A stretch of DNA of 54,853 bases, from the NCBI GenBank assembly GCA_002898715.1, contig BEIA01000002.1, positions 1 through 54,853 on the forward strand. The letters are read 5' to 3'. Positions 10,503 to 18,113 of this stretch are shown in pieces (position 1 is the first letter of the stretch; each line of letters starts with the position of its first letter). The DNA is from a bacterium HR24 (GTDB lineage: Bacteria > Chloroflexota > Dehalococcoidia > SM23-28-2 > HRBIN24). Position numbers and translations under genes: made by a program. Below the pieces are notes generated by a model. The model made no database searches. It saw only the letters and a list, made by a program, of their open reading frames with translations, and was not told where the DNA came from.

Positions 10503-11390
10503 TCAGGGGAGGTCTTCGCCCTCGTCCGGGGCGAGCGCCTCCTCCTCTTCCTGCTCCTCGTCCTCGGACAGGTCCCTACTGCCGGCGATATCGTCGGTGC
10601 CCAGGGCACCGAGGCGCGACACCTCCTCCGCCCATTCCTCCTCCGTCTCCTCGCCGTACTCCTCGTCCAGCACCATCTCCTCGTACCTGTCCTGGCGAAC
10701 GAGCCGCTCCTTGGTGTAGGGCCGGAAGGTCTCGGCTGTGCGCTCGGGCGGGAAAGAGAGCTTGCCGGCCTGGCTGGGGTGCTGGAACACCTCGCGGATG
10801 AAGATGCGCACGTCGCCGGTGTCGGTGAGGCTGCTCATGGCAGCCACGTAGCGGTTACCGCCCTGCATAAGCCGTATGAGCCTCTGGGCGAGGCGGGGCT
10901 CCACCTCTCCCAGGCCATCGCCATCGGGGCCCACCACCTGCAGCGAGCCGTTCTCCGGCTGGAGGAAGACCTCATCGCCAGCCGAGAGTCGGGCGGCAGC
11001 TTCACGGTTGGGCCGCATCAGGGTGGTGATGCAGGTCTTGCCCGTCTCCTCGATGAACATCTCCGGGGGCAGCTTCCGTGCTCGCGGTGCGCTGCCCGCC
11101 TTGCCGCCCTCGGCCTCCAGGAGATGGATGCGGGACAGGTTGCGACGGGCGATGGAATTATGGGGGTCCAGCTCCAGGGCGCGGGTATAGGCCTCGCGCG
11201 CCTCAGCATAGCGACCCAGTTCCAGGAGCGCCTTTCCCAGGCGGTTGTATGCCTCCACTTCGGTCGGAAAGAACTCGATGATGGCGCGGTTGACGTGCAC
11301 GGCCTCCTCCCAGCGCCCCTCGCGCGCCAGGCGTATGGCCAGCTCCGACTGCTGGCGCAGGACCGACCGCTGGTCCAGCTCTTTGACCAT
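10503..11390 (-). CDS. TPR-repeat protein with a central beta-rich domain and a strongly acidic C-terminal tail
   Basis: Start set at the ATG (MVKELDQRS), preceded by GGGGAGG 10 nt upstream. TPR-like helices read WEEAVHVNRAIIEFFPTEVEAYNRLGKALLELGRYAEAREAYTRALELDP. The tail reads EEYGEETEEEWAEE...SEDEEQEEEE. Confidence 0.7.
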   Translation of the reverse strand: MVKELDQRSVLRQQSELAIRLAREGRWEEAVHVNRAIIEFFPTEVEAYNRLGKALLELGRYAEAREAYTRALELDPHNSIARRNLSRIHLLEAEGGKAGSAPRARKLPPEMFIEETGKTCITTLMRPNREAAARLSAGDEVFLQPENGSLQVVGPDGDGLGEVEPRLAQRLIRLMQGGNRYVAAMSSLTDTGDVRIFIREVFQHPSQAGKLSFPPERTAETFRPYTKERLVRQDRYEEMVLDEEYGEETEEEWAEEVSRLGALGTDDIAGSRDLSEDEEQEEEEALAPDEGEDLP

Positions 11391-11424
11391 AAGGCTATCG
11401 ACCTCCCCGATTGGCCGCCCAGCC

Positions 11425-11453
11425 TTTATACAGGCTGGCAGCGACAAGCGCAA
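11425..11453 (-). promoter_or_regulatory. candidate promoter TTGCGC-17-TATAAA for the TPR gene, with the -10 embedded in a 7-bp perfect palindrome
   Basis: The minus strand reads gcTTGCGCttgtcgctgCCAGCCTgTATAAAGGCTGGgcgg. The inverted repeat is CCAGCCT...AGGCTGG (fwd 11419-11438). Confidence 0.45.
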
Positions 11454-11513
11454 GCCCCCACCGACTGCGAAAACGGATACGATGGGGAACGCCGGAAGGT
11501 TTTACGGGCGGGC

Positions 11514-11590
11514 TGGTCGGGGTGGGCGGATTTGAACCGCCGACCTCACGGACCCGAACCGTGCGCTCTGCCAGGCTGAGCTACACCCCG
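11514..11590 (-). tRNA. tRNA-Pro (anticodon CGG), CCA encoded
   Basis: Hand-folded 77-nt cloverleaf on the minus strand: CGGGGTG-TA-GCTC-AGCCTGGCA-GAGC-G-CACGG-TTCGGGT-CCGTG-AGGTC-GGCGG-TTCAAAT-CCGCC-CACCCCG-A-CCA. Confidence 0.9.
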
Positions 11591-11603
11591 ACCCTCAACG
11601 ATG

Positions 11604-12404
11604 TTAGCAAAGGCCATGGCGACCTGTCGAGGCAGAGAGGCGCCGGGCCACGACCTCGGCCAGGGCCAGCACCAGGAAGCGCGGCAGGCGCGACGCCTGC
11701 CTCCCGGCCCGGCGGTGGGGCTCCCGCAGCAGCCTGTAGGCCCACTCCAGGCCCGCAGCCCGCACCAGGGGCGGCGGCGGAGGCATTCGGCCAGCGATGT
11801 AGTCCAGCGCCCCGCCCACCCCCACCGCCACCCGCACGCCCAGGGCTGCCAGTTGGCCACGGTGCTCGTCTATCCACAGCTCCTGTTTGGGCATGCCCAG
11901 GGCCACGCACACGGCCCTGGGACCGGAGCGGCGGATGCTATCCATGACCTGCCGCTCCACCGGGGGCGGGAAGCGGTGGTCGGCGCAGCGGGGCGGGGCG
12001 ACGCCATCCACCTTCAGCCCCGGGAAGCGGTTCGCCAGCCGCCGGCCCGCCTCGGCCAGCACCCTCTCCGTGGAGCCCAGCAGGAAAAGCCGGGCCCCCT
12101 CCCGCTGGCACAGGCCCGCCAGCTCCCAGACCAGCTCGGCACCTGGCAGCCGCTCGATGCCGTCCACGCCCTCGAGGCGCAGGGCCAGGGCGACGCCGGC
12201 TCCGTCCACCAGCCTTAGGCCTGCCCGCTCCACGGCCCGGCGATAGGCGTGGTCGCCGGAGGCGATGGCCAGGCACTCGGCGTTGACCGTGACGATGGAC
12301 AGGATGCCTGCCTCCGGGGTGGCCAGGTGCCGGCCGATGAGCGACAGCGCCTCCTCCCGCGACAGCAAATCGATGCTCACGCCCAGCAGGCGCGCCCGCC
12401 TCAT
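11604..12404 (-). CDS. WecB/TagA/CpsF family glycosyltransferase (N-acetylmannosaminyl-transferase-like)
   Basis: 266-aa ORF with family-typical LLGVSIDLLSREEAL...IVTVNAECL...VDGAGV layout. Confidence 0.85.
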   Translation of the reverse strand: MRRARLLGVSIDLLSREEALSLIGRHLATPEAGILSIVTVNAECLAIASGDHAYRRAVERAGLRLVDGAGVALALRLEGVDGIERLPGAELVWELAGLCQREGARLFLLGSTERVLAEAGRRLANRFPGLKVDGVAPPRCADHRFPPPVERQVMDSIRRSGPRAVCVALGMPKQELWIDEHRGQLAALGVRVAVGVGGALDYIAGRMPPPPPLVRAAGLEWAYRLLREPHRRAGRQASRLPRFLVLALAEVVARRLSASTGRHGLC

Positions 12405-13555
12405 GTCAGACCCAGCTCCTCCAGCAGCGGTCGGAAGGCCACCTCGGGCACATACAGGCGACGGACCAACTCCCGTCCCCCTTCGGAGAGATCCTGCCAG
12501 CGGGAGGGCGAGCCCAGCAGGGAGGCCGCCGCCTCGGCCAGCTCATCGGGGCCTTCGGCTACCAGCAGGTGTCGCCCGGGGACGACCTCCAGGCCGCGGG
12601 CGCCGTCGGGCGTGGCAACCACTGGCAGGCCCCGGGCCAGGGCGTTCAGCACCTTCACCTTCGTGCCAGCGCCGCCCAACACCGGCTCCACGAAGGCTCG
12701 TGCGGCCCGGTAGAGCGACTCGGCTTCGGCGTCGTCCACCGGGCCGCGCAGGTGGAGCCCCTGCAGCGAGCGGGCGAGGGCCGCGAGCCAGCGGGGTGCG
12801 CCCCCTCCGGCCACGGTCAGGGTCGCCTGGGGCACGCGGCGGCGAAGAGCGGGCAGGCCCTGCGGCAGGAAGGCCCGCAGGCCCCGTTCGTTGGGCCTCC
12901 AGGACAGCGTGCCCAGATAGAGGGCCATGGGCGAGCCCTCTTCGTAGCGGAGAGGGGGCCGCTCCAGCAGGTCGGGTGCGGGCACGTTGGCCAGCACGCC
13001 GGTGCGTCCCTCGGGCAGGCCCGAGGCCAGCAGTTCCCGCCGCTCCTCTTCCGACACGGCAAACACGCGGTCGAACCGCCGGGCCTGGGCCTCCTCGTAG
13101 CGGCGCAGCCGCCTCGCCTCCAGGGCGATGGCCCAGCGGCGCAGGGGGCCCCGTTCCAGGCCGGCCTCTCGCCGCCAGAGCAGGGACTCCACGTTGTGCA
13201 GGTGCAGGAGCTTCCGGCCGGGAAAGTCGTCCGGCACGTACTGGGCCATGTAGATGTGGTCGGCCAGCACAGCGTCGACGCCCCTGTCCAGCCGTTGCAG
13301 CACGGCCCGGGCCAGGGCCGGGCTCCAGTTGCGGTAGATACTCAAGGGCAGGCCGGCGGCGTAACTGGCCAGCAGGGTGCCCGGTCCGCGGGGACGGGGG
13401 AAGACGCCGGGACTGCCAGCGTCGCCGATGGAATCGGCCGAGACCACCTCCACCTGCAGGTGCTCTTCCAGGAAGCGGACTAGGGCCCAGGTCTTGATGA
13501 GGCCCCCGCCCCGCGGCGGGCAGGGCCAGCGCTGGGTGATGAACAGCAGCCTCAC
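12401..13555 (-). CDS. GT-B fold glycosyltransferase (GT1/GT4 family)
   Basis: Start set at the GTG (VRLLFITQRWP...), which overlaps the upstream gene's stop as GTGA. The C-terminal half has EPVLGGAGTKVKVLNALARGLPVVAT. The rest of track ORF 12401..15127 overlaps the membrane protein in another frame. Confidence 0.8.
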   Translation of the reverse strand: MRLLFITQRWPCPPRGGGLIKTWALVRFLEEHLQVEVVSADSIGDAGSPGVFPRPRGPGTLLASYAAGLPLSIYRNWSPALARAVLQRLDRGVDAVLADHIYMAQYVPDDFPGRKLLHLHNVESLLWRREAGLERGPLRRWAIALEARRLRRYEEAQARRFDRVFAVSEEERRELLASGLPEGRTGVLANVPAPDLLERPPLRYEEGSPMALYLGTLSWRPNERGLRAFLPQGLPALRRRVPQATLTVAGGGAPRWLAALARSLQGLHLRGPVDDAEAESLYRAARAFVEPVLGGAGTKVKVLNALARGLPVVATPDGARGLEVVPGRHLLVAEGPDELAEAAASLLGSPSRWQDLSEGGRELVRRLYVPEVAFRPLLEELGLT

Positions 13556-15237
13556 GCCGTCCTCCGCTGGCCGAGTGCCAGCCCTGCCCCGGCGCCCAGG
13601 GTGCCCAGGCCCCACCCCGCCAGCAGGTAGTACGGTGCCACCCCAGTAACCCCCGAGGCGGACTCGGTGAACCACGCCGCCACCAGCAGGCCCAGGTGGG
13701 CCGTCGCCAGCGCCAACAGCCATGCCCGGCCGAGACCCTCGGCCTCGCGGGCGGCGGCCAGACCGAGGCCGGCTGCCACGGCCAGAGAGAAGAGAGGCCA
13801 GAGGATCAGTCCGGGCAGTCCGAGTTGGGCGGCGAGGGCCCCGATGGTGCTCTCGCCTCCCACCTCGGGTGCCTCGGTCAGCACCCCCGCCTGGCCCAGG
13901 CCCAGCCCCAGGGGATGGCGGAAGGCCGACTCCAGGCCTTCCCGCAGTCCGCCCAGGTGTCGCTCCGCCCCCTCTGCCGCGCTGCCGGGGGGATGGTCGA
14001 AGGCGGGAGGCGGGGGCCCAGCCTCGGGCGCGGGCAGGGGCGCTGCCGCCACTTGCGGCGGCGGCATGTTGGAAGACCACAGCAGGAAGTCCTGCACATC
14101 CCCCCGTGCCGGCACAGTGGCCCGGGTCGAGACGACGATGCCCGCCGCCAGCACCAGCGCCAGCGGGCCGAGGACGGCGGCCGGGCGGCCGAGGGATAGC
14201 GGCCGCCGCCCCCCAGGGCCGCCTCGCCAGGCGAGGCCCGCCGAGGCGAGGCCCAAGGCTGCGAGGCCCACCAGGGCGGCCAGCATCCCTCCCCTGCCGA
14301 AGGTGAAGGCGAGGGCGGCCACGCAGACGCCGGCCACCGTGCCCCAGGCCCAGCGCGCCCCGTTGCGGGCCGTCAGGGTGGCCGCAGCCGCCAGCAGCGA
14401 GGCCAGGGCCAGCGAGAAGGCCAGGGTGGTGGGCTCCACGAAGGTCGAAACGAGCCTGCGCACCGGCACCTCTTGGGGCAGCGAGACCAGAACGCCGTCG
14501 GGCATGCCACGGTATACGAAGAGCCAACTCCGAGGGATGGCCCCCGCCTCCACCAGCCGCTCGTACAGGGCCACCGCGTTCACCGCCCCCGTCCAGAACG
14601 ATGGCGGCAACAGAAAGCGCTCCACCAGGCCGAATGCGGCCACCGCCGCCATCACCGCGACGAAGGCCATGACCCCCTGCCGCCACGAGGGACGGGAGGC
14701 CCACAGCAGCCGTCCCGCCAGGTAGAGGAGGCAGGGCGCCCACCACCGCCGCAGGTAGGTGAGCCGGTCGTCGAGGCTGGCGTCGGACAGGAGAAAGTGG
14801 GCCCCCACCAGGGCCATGAAGGCCAGCGCCAGCCCGTCCGTCCACAGGACGGGCTGGCGCTCGCCGGCCACCAGCCTCCGCACCACCGCCGCCACCCCTG
14901 CTGCCAGCAGGGCCAGGTACATGGCGTCCTTGTAGGCAAGGAGCGCCTGCACCGACTCGGCCTCGGCGTGCGGGGCCACCAGCGCCGCCGTCACCCTCTG
15001 CATGGCCGTCCAGAGGAAGAACGCGCCCACGGCCGGCAACGGCCGTCGCCAGGCCCAGAGGGCGGCCAGGCCGAAGGAGAGGGCTCCTGCGCCCACGACC
15101 GTCCAGGCCGCCTCTGGCGGGCCCCACAGGGCGGCCAAAGACGCCGGCAAGGCCAGGGCGGCCGCCAGGGCCACCGCCGCCATCGCCTCCACGGCGGGGG
15201 CGGGCATGCCGGCCCGCGCCAGCCGCAACGTCGCCAT
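13552..15237 (-). CDS. O-antigen ligase/polymerase-like (Wzy_C family) polytopic membrane protein
   Basis: 561-aa ORF with more than 10 hydrophobic segments, a FGRGGMLAALVGL motif and a later GESTIGALAAQLGLPGL motif, as in the Wzy_C family. Confidence 0.8.
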   Translation of the reverse strand: MATLRLARAGMPAPAVEAMAAVALAAALALPASLAALWGPPEAAWTVVGAGALSFGLAALWAWRRPLPAVGAFFLWTAMQRVTAALVAPHAEAESVQALLAYKDAMYLALLAAGVAAVVRRLVAGERQPVLWTDGLALAFMALVGAHFLLSDASLDDRLTYLRRWWAPCLLYLAGRLLWASRPSWRQGVMAFVAVMAAVAAFGLVERFLLPPSFWTGAVNAVALYERLVEAGAIPRSWLFVYRGMPDGVLVSLPQEVPVRRLVSTFVEPTTLAFSLALASLLAAAATLTARNGARWAWGTVAGVCVAALAFTFGRGGMLAALVGLAALGLASAGLAWRGGPGGRRPLSLGRPAAVLGPLALVLAAGIVVSTRATVPARGDVQDFLLWSSNMPPPQVAAAPLPAPEAGPPPPAFDHPPGSAAEGAERHLGGLREGLESAFRHPLGLGLGQAGVLTEAPEVGGESTIGALAAQLGLPGLILWPLFSLAVAAGLGLAAAREAEGLGRAWLLALATAHLGLLVAAWFTESASGVTGVAPYYLLAGWGLGTLGAGAGLALGQRRTA

Positions 15238-15254
15238 GAATACGCCTCCGGAGG

Positions 15255-15887
15255 TCAGCGGGCGCCGCGCTTGCTCAGCACCAGCCCCACCGTCTTAAGG
15301 AGGATGAGCAGGTCCCGTCTCAGGGGATGGTAGCGGACGTAGTCCAGGTCGTACATTATCTTCTCGTGGTAGGTGAGGTCCGAGCGGCCGTTCACCTGCG
15401 CCAGGCCGGTCATCCCCGGCTTCACCTTGTGGCGCTGGTGGTAGTGGGGCGGCCACAGGGCCACGATCTCGGGCACGTCCGGCCTGGGGCCTACCAGGCT
15501 CATGTCTCCCCGCAGGACGTTGAGGAGCTGGGGCAGCTCGTCCACGGTAGTGACCCGCAGGACGCGGCCGATGGGGCGCGCGCGCCGGTTCGGCCCGGGT
15601 GGACTCAGGAGCTGCTGGCGGAGGTCTCCCTTGGGCAGGCGCTCGTTCAGGTCGTCCTCGGCGCCCTTGGCCAGGGTGCGGAACTTGTAGAAGGTGAAGA
15701 CCTTGCCGTCCTTCCCTACCCGGCGCTGGCGCAGCAGCACGGGCCCCGGCGAGTCCAGCTTTATGAGCAGGCAGGCCAGCAGCCAGATGGGCCACAGCAC
15801 CGCCAGGATGAGGGTGGCCACGACCACGTCCAGGCAGCGCTTGGCCCTGGGCGTTGGGTACACGGGCATCTCGACATCGCTGGACAT
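15255..15887 (-). CDS. initiating sugar-phosphate (phosphoglycosyl) transferase, bacterial sugar transferase family
   Basis: 210-aa ORF with KRCLDVVVA...LIKLDSPGPVLLRQRRVGKDGKVFTFYKFRTL...DELPQLLNVLRGDMSLVGPRP. Confidence 0.9.
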   Translation of the reverse strand: MSSDVEMPVYPTPRAKRCLDVVVATLILAVLWPIWLLACLLIKLDSPGPVLLRQRRVGKDGKVFTFYKFRTLAKGAEDDLNERLPKGDLRQQLLSPPGPNRRARPIGRVLRVTTVDELPQLLNVLRGDMSLVGPRPDVPEIVALWPPHYHQRHKVKPGMTGLAQVNGRSDLTYHEKIMYDLDYVRYHPLRRDLLILLKTVGLVLSKRGAR

Positions 15888-15994
15888 GACCGTCCCTGGC
15901 GCAAGGAGCGGGAAGAGCGGCCCTTTTTAATCTCAGCGATAGCATACCAGCCACCAGCCTTGCCCGCTATCTCGCTTCTGCCTATCCTTGGCTG

Positions 15995-17149
15995 GTGACG
16001 ATGGCCTCCCAGCGGTCCACACTGGACGTAGACGTGGCCGTAGTGGGCGCAGGCGTGGTGGGGCTCGCCGTCGCCGCCATCCTGGCCCCCCGCTGCCGGG
16101 TGGCCTTGCTGGAGCGGCACCACACCTATGGCCTGGAGAACAGCTCCCACAATTCCGGCGTCATCCATGCCGGGCTGTACTTCCCCGCCGACTGGCTCAA
16201 GACCAGGCTGTGCGTTGAAGGGAACCGCCTGCTCTACCAGTGGGCCGAGGCCCACGGCGTGCGCCACCGACGCCTGGGCAAGCTGGTCATAGCCCGCAGC
16301 GAGGACGAGCTGCCAGCTCTGGAGGCCCTCATGCGCCAGGGCCGCGAGAACGGCGCCCCCGGCCTGGAGATGCTCTCGCCCGGGGAGGTGGCGCGCCTCG
16401 AGCCGCACCTGCGCTGCGCCGGCGCTTTCTTCTCCCCCAGCTCTGGCATCGTCGACCAGATGGGCCTCATGCGCTCGTTGCTGCAGGAGGCCCAGGCCCA
16501 CGGCGCGCTGATAGCGTTCCGGCACGAGGCCGTGGGGCTGGAGCGGGCCGAGGGCGGCTTCCGCGTCGCCTATCGGGGCCCGGACGGCGAAGAAGGCGAG
16601 CTGGCGACGGCCGCCGTGGTCAATGCGGCCGGCCTGCAGGCCGACCGCGTGGGTGCCCTGCTGGGCTACGACCCGGATGGCGGCCCCGCTAACCCGCCCT
16701 TCCGCCACCGCTTCAACCGTGGGCGATACTACGACCTCGTGGACCGGGAGAAGGCGTCGCGGCTGCGGCACCTCGTCTATCCCCTGCCCAACAGCGACCG
16801 CACGGGCGCTGGCGTGCACGTGGGCATAGACCTGGACGGCAACGTGCACCTGGGCCCCGACACCGAGTGGCTGCCCGACGGGGCGCCCCTGGACTTCCGC
16901 AACGACGATTCGGCCCGCGAGCGCTTCTTGCAGGCAGGACGCGCTTTCTACCCCGACCTGCGACCCGAAGACCTCGCCCCCGGGCAGGTGGGCTACCGCC
17001 CCAAGCTGCAGCGCCCGGGCGGGCCGCCCCAGGACTTCCTCATCTGGCACGACCGCGGCTACGTGCACCTGGGCGGCATCGAGTCGCCAGGGCTCACCTC
17101 CTGCCTGGCCATCGCCCGGCATGTGGCCGGGCTGCTGGGCCGGGCCTAG
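15995..17149 (+). CDS. FAD-dependent oxidoreductase, L-2-hydroxyglutarate oxidase (LhgO)-like
   Basis: 384-aa ORF with dinucleotide fold DVAVVGAGVVGLAVA and SSHNSGVIHAGLYF. The start is either the GTG at 15995 or the ATG at 16001. A TTGCCC-17-TATCCT promoter ends 6 nt before the GTG. Confidence 0.8.
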   Translation: MTMASQRSTLDVDVAVVGAGVVGLAVAAILAPRCRVALLERHHTYGLENSSHNSGVIHAGLYFPADWLKTRLCVEGNRLLYQWAEAHGVRHRRLGKLVIARSEDELPALEALMRQGRENGAPGLEMLSPGEVARLEPHLRCAGAFFSPSSGIVDQMGLMRSLLQEAQAHGALIAFRHEAVGLERAEGGFRVAYRGPDGEEGELATAAVVNAAGLQADRVGALLGYDPDGGPANPPFRHRFNRGRYYDLVDREKASRLRHLVYPLPNSDRTGAGVHVGIDLDGNVHLGPDTEWLPDGAPLDFRNDDSARERFLQAGRAFYPDLRPEDLAPGQVGYRPKLQRPGGPPQDFLIWHDRGYVHLGGIESPGLTSCLAIARHVAGLLGRA

Positions 17150-18039
17150 CCGCCCGGGGCAGGCCGCCGGAGGTGAAAGAGGAGCGCCCGGGCCTCGGCG
17201 AAGGCCCTGCGCCAGCGGCGGGGATGTCGCAGCAGGAACCAGGGCGCCAGCACCAGGTAGTGATAGACCAGGGCAGTCAGCAGGTGATAGGGCTTGCCCC
17301 GCTTGCGCAGGAAGAGGATGGCGTTGCGGCGGAAGAAGTAATAGAAGCGAGGGTCGGGGTCTACCGAGCGCGCCGCCTTGTGCCAGATGCAGGCCGCGGG
17401 CACATAGTAGCAGCGGAACCCCTTCTCCCGCGCCCGAAAGCACCAGTCCGTCTCCTCCCAGTACGTGAAGTACTCGTCGTCCAGGGGTCCCACCACTTCC
17501 CACACTCGGCGAGGGATGAGCATGCAGCAGCCATCGGCATAGTCGCAGGGGCGGAGGCGGTCGAACTGCCCCCGGTCGGGCTGGCCGCGGCCCACCTGTC
17601 GCGAGCGGCCCAGCCACAGATTCACCTTCCCTCCCGCTGAGTAGATGACGTCGGGCCAGTCCAGGAAGTAGGCCTTGGGGCAGAGGGCGGCAGCATCGGG
17701 CAACGACTGGGCCGCCCGCACCAGCTCGGTCAGAAAGTCGGGGGCCACCACCGTGTCGTTGTTGAGCAGCAGCAGGTAGTCGCAGCCCATCTCCAGCGCC
17801 CGGGCCGCCCCGATGTTGCAGCCGCCGGTGAAGCCGTAGTTGCGGTCGTTGGCGATGAGCAAGATGCGGTCGCCGAAGCGCCGGCGCAGGGCGCCCGCCT
17901 CATCGTTGGCCGAGCCGTTGTCGACCACGATGACGTAGTATTCGGGGTACGAGACCTGGAACAGGGACTCCAGGCAGCGGACGGTGTCCGCCAGCCCGTT
18001 CCAGTTGAGGACGACCACGGCTACTCTGGGCCACGACAC
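17146..18039 (-). CDS. GT2 family glycosyltransferase (rhamnosyltransferase-like)
   Basis: 297-aa ORF with a GTG start preceded by GGAGGGG. Motifs are VAVVVLNWNG, VIVVDNGSAND and LLLLNNDTVV (DxD-type). Confidence 0.85.
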   Translation of the reverse strand: MSWPRVAVVVLNWNGLADTVRCLESLFQVSYPEYYVIVVDNGSANDEAGALRRRFGDRILLIANDRNYGFTGGCNIGAARALEMGCDYLLLLNNDTVVAPDFLTELVRAAQSLPDAAALCPKAYFLDWPDVIYSAGGKVNLWLGRSRQVGRGQPDRGQFDRLRPCDYADGCCMLIPRRVWEVVGPLDDEYFTYWEETDWCFRAREKGFRCYYVPAACIWHKAARSVDPDPRFYYFFRRNAILFLRKRGKPYHLLTALVYHYLVLAPWFLLRHPRRWRRAFAEARALLFHLRRPAPGG

Positions 18040-18095
18040 CTGGTGCCCCTCCAGGCACGGTCACCGGGCAGCGCTGGGCCTGCGCAGCTACTTGT

Positions 18096-18101
18096 TAGAA
18101 T
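18096..18101 (+). promoter_or_regulatory. extended -10 (TGtTAGAAT), 12 nt upstream of the GT4 ATG with no SD
   Basis: The sequence reads ctacttgtTAGAATacccgtcggggcATG. Confidence 0.4.
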
Positions 18102-18113
18102 ACCCGTCGGGGC

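Noticed and set aside
12401-15127. A 908-aa ORF that looks like a giant fusion upstream of the GT1 glycosyltransferase.
   Set aside because: Only the last 384 codons look like a protein. The upstream 520 codons overlap the Wzy_C membrane-protein gene in another frame and are Gly/Arg/Pro-rich. A GTG start overlapping the upstream stop (GTGA at 13552-13555) explains the gene.
15761-17617. A 618-aa minus-strand ORF. Similar long shadow ORFs are 18240-20069 (-), 21207-22247 (-), 30062-31513 (+), 31995-33020 (+), 33478-35361 (+), 35262-37034 (+), 40026-41129 (+), 42393-43655 (+) and 46880-48427 (-).
   Set aside because: Each lies antisense to, or out of frame with, a gene that has clear family motifs. 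All are Arg/Gly/Pro/Ala-rich and motif-less, as expected from stop-codon depletion in high-GC sequence.
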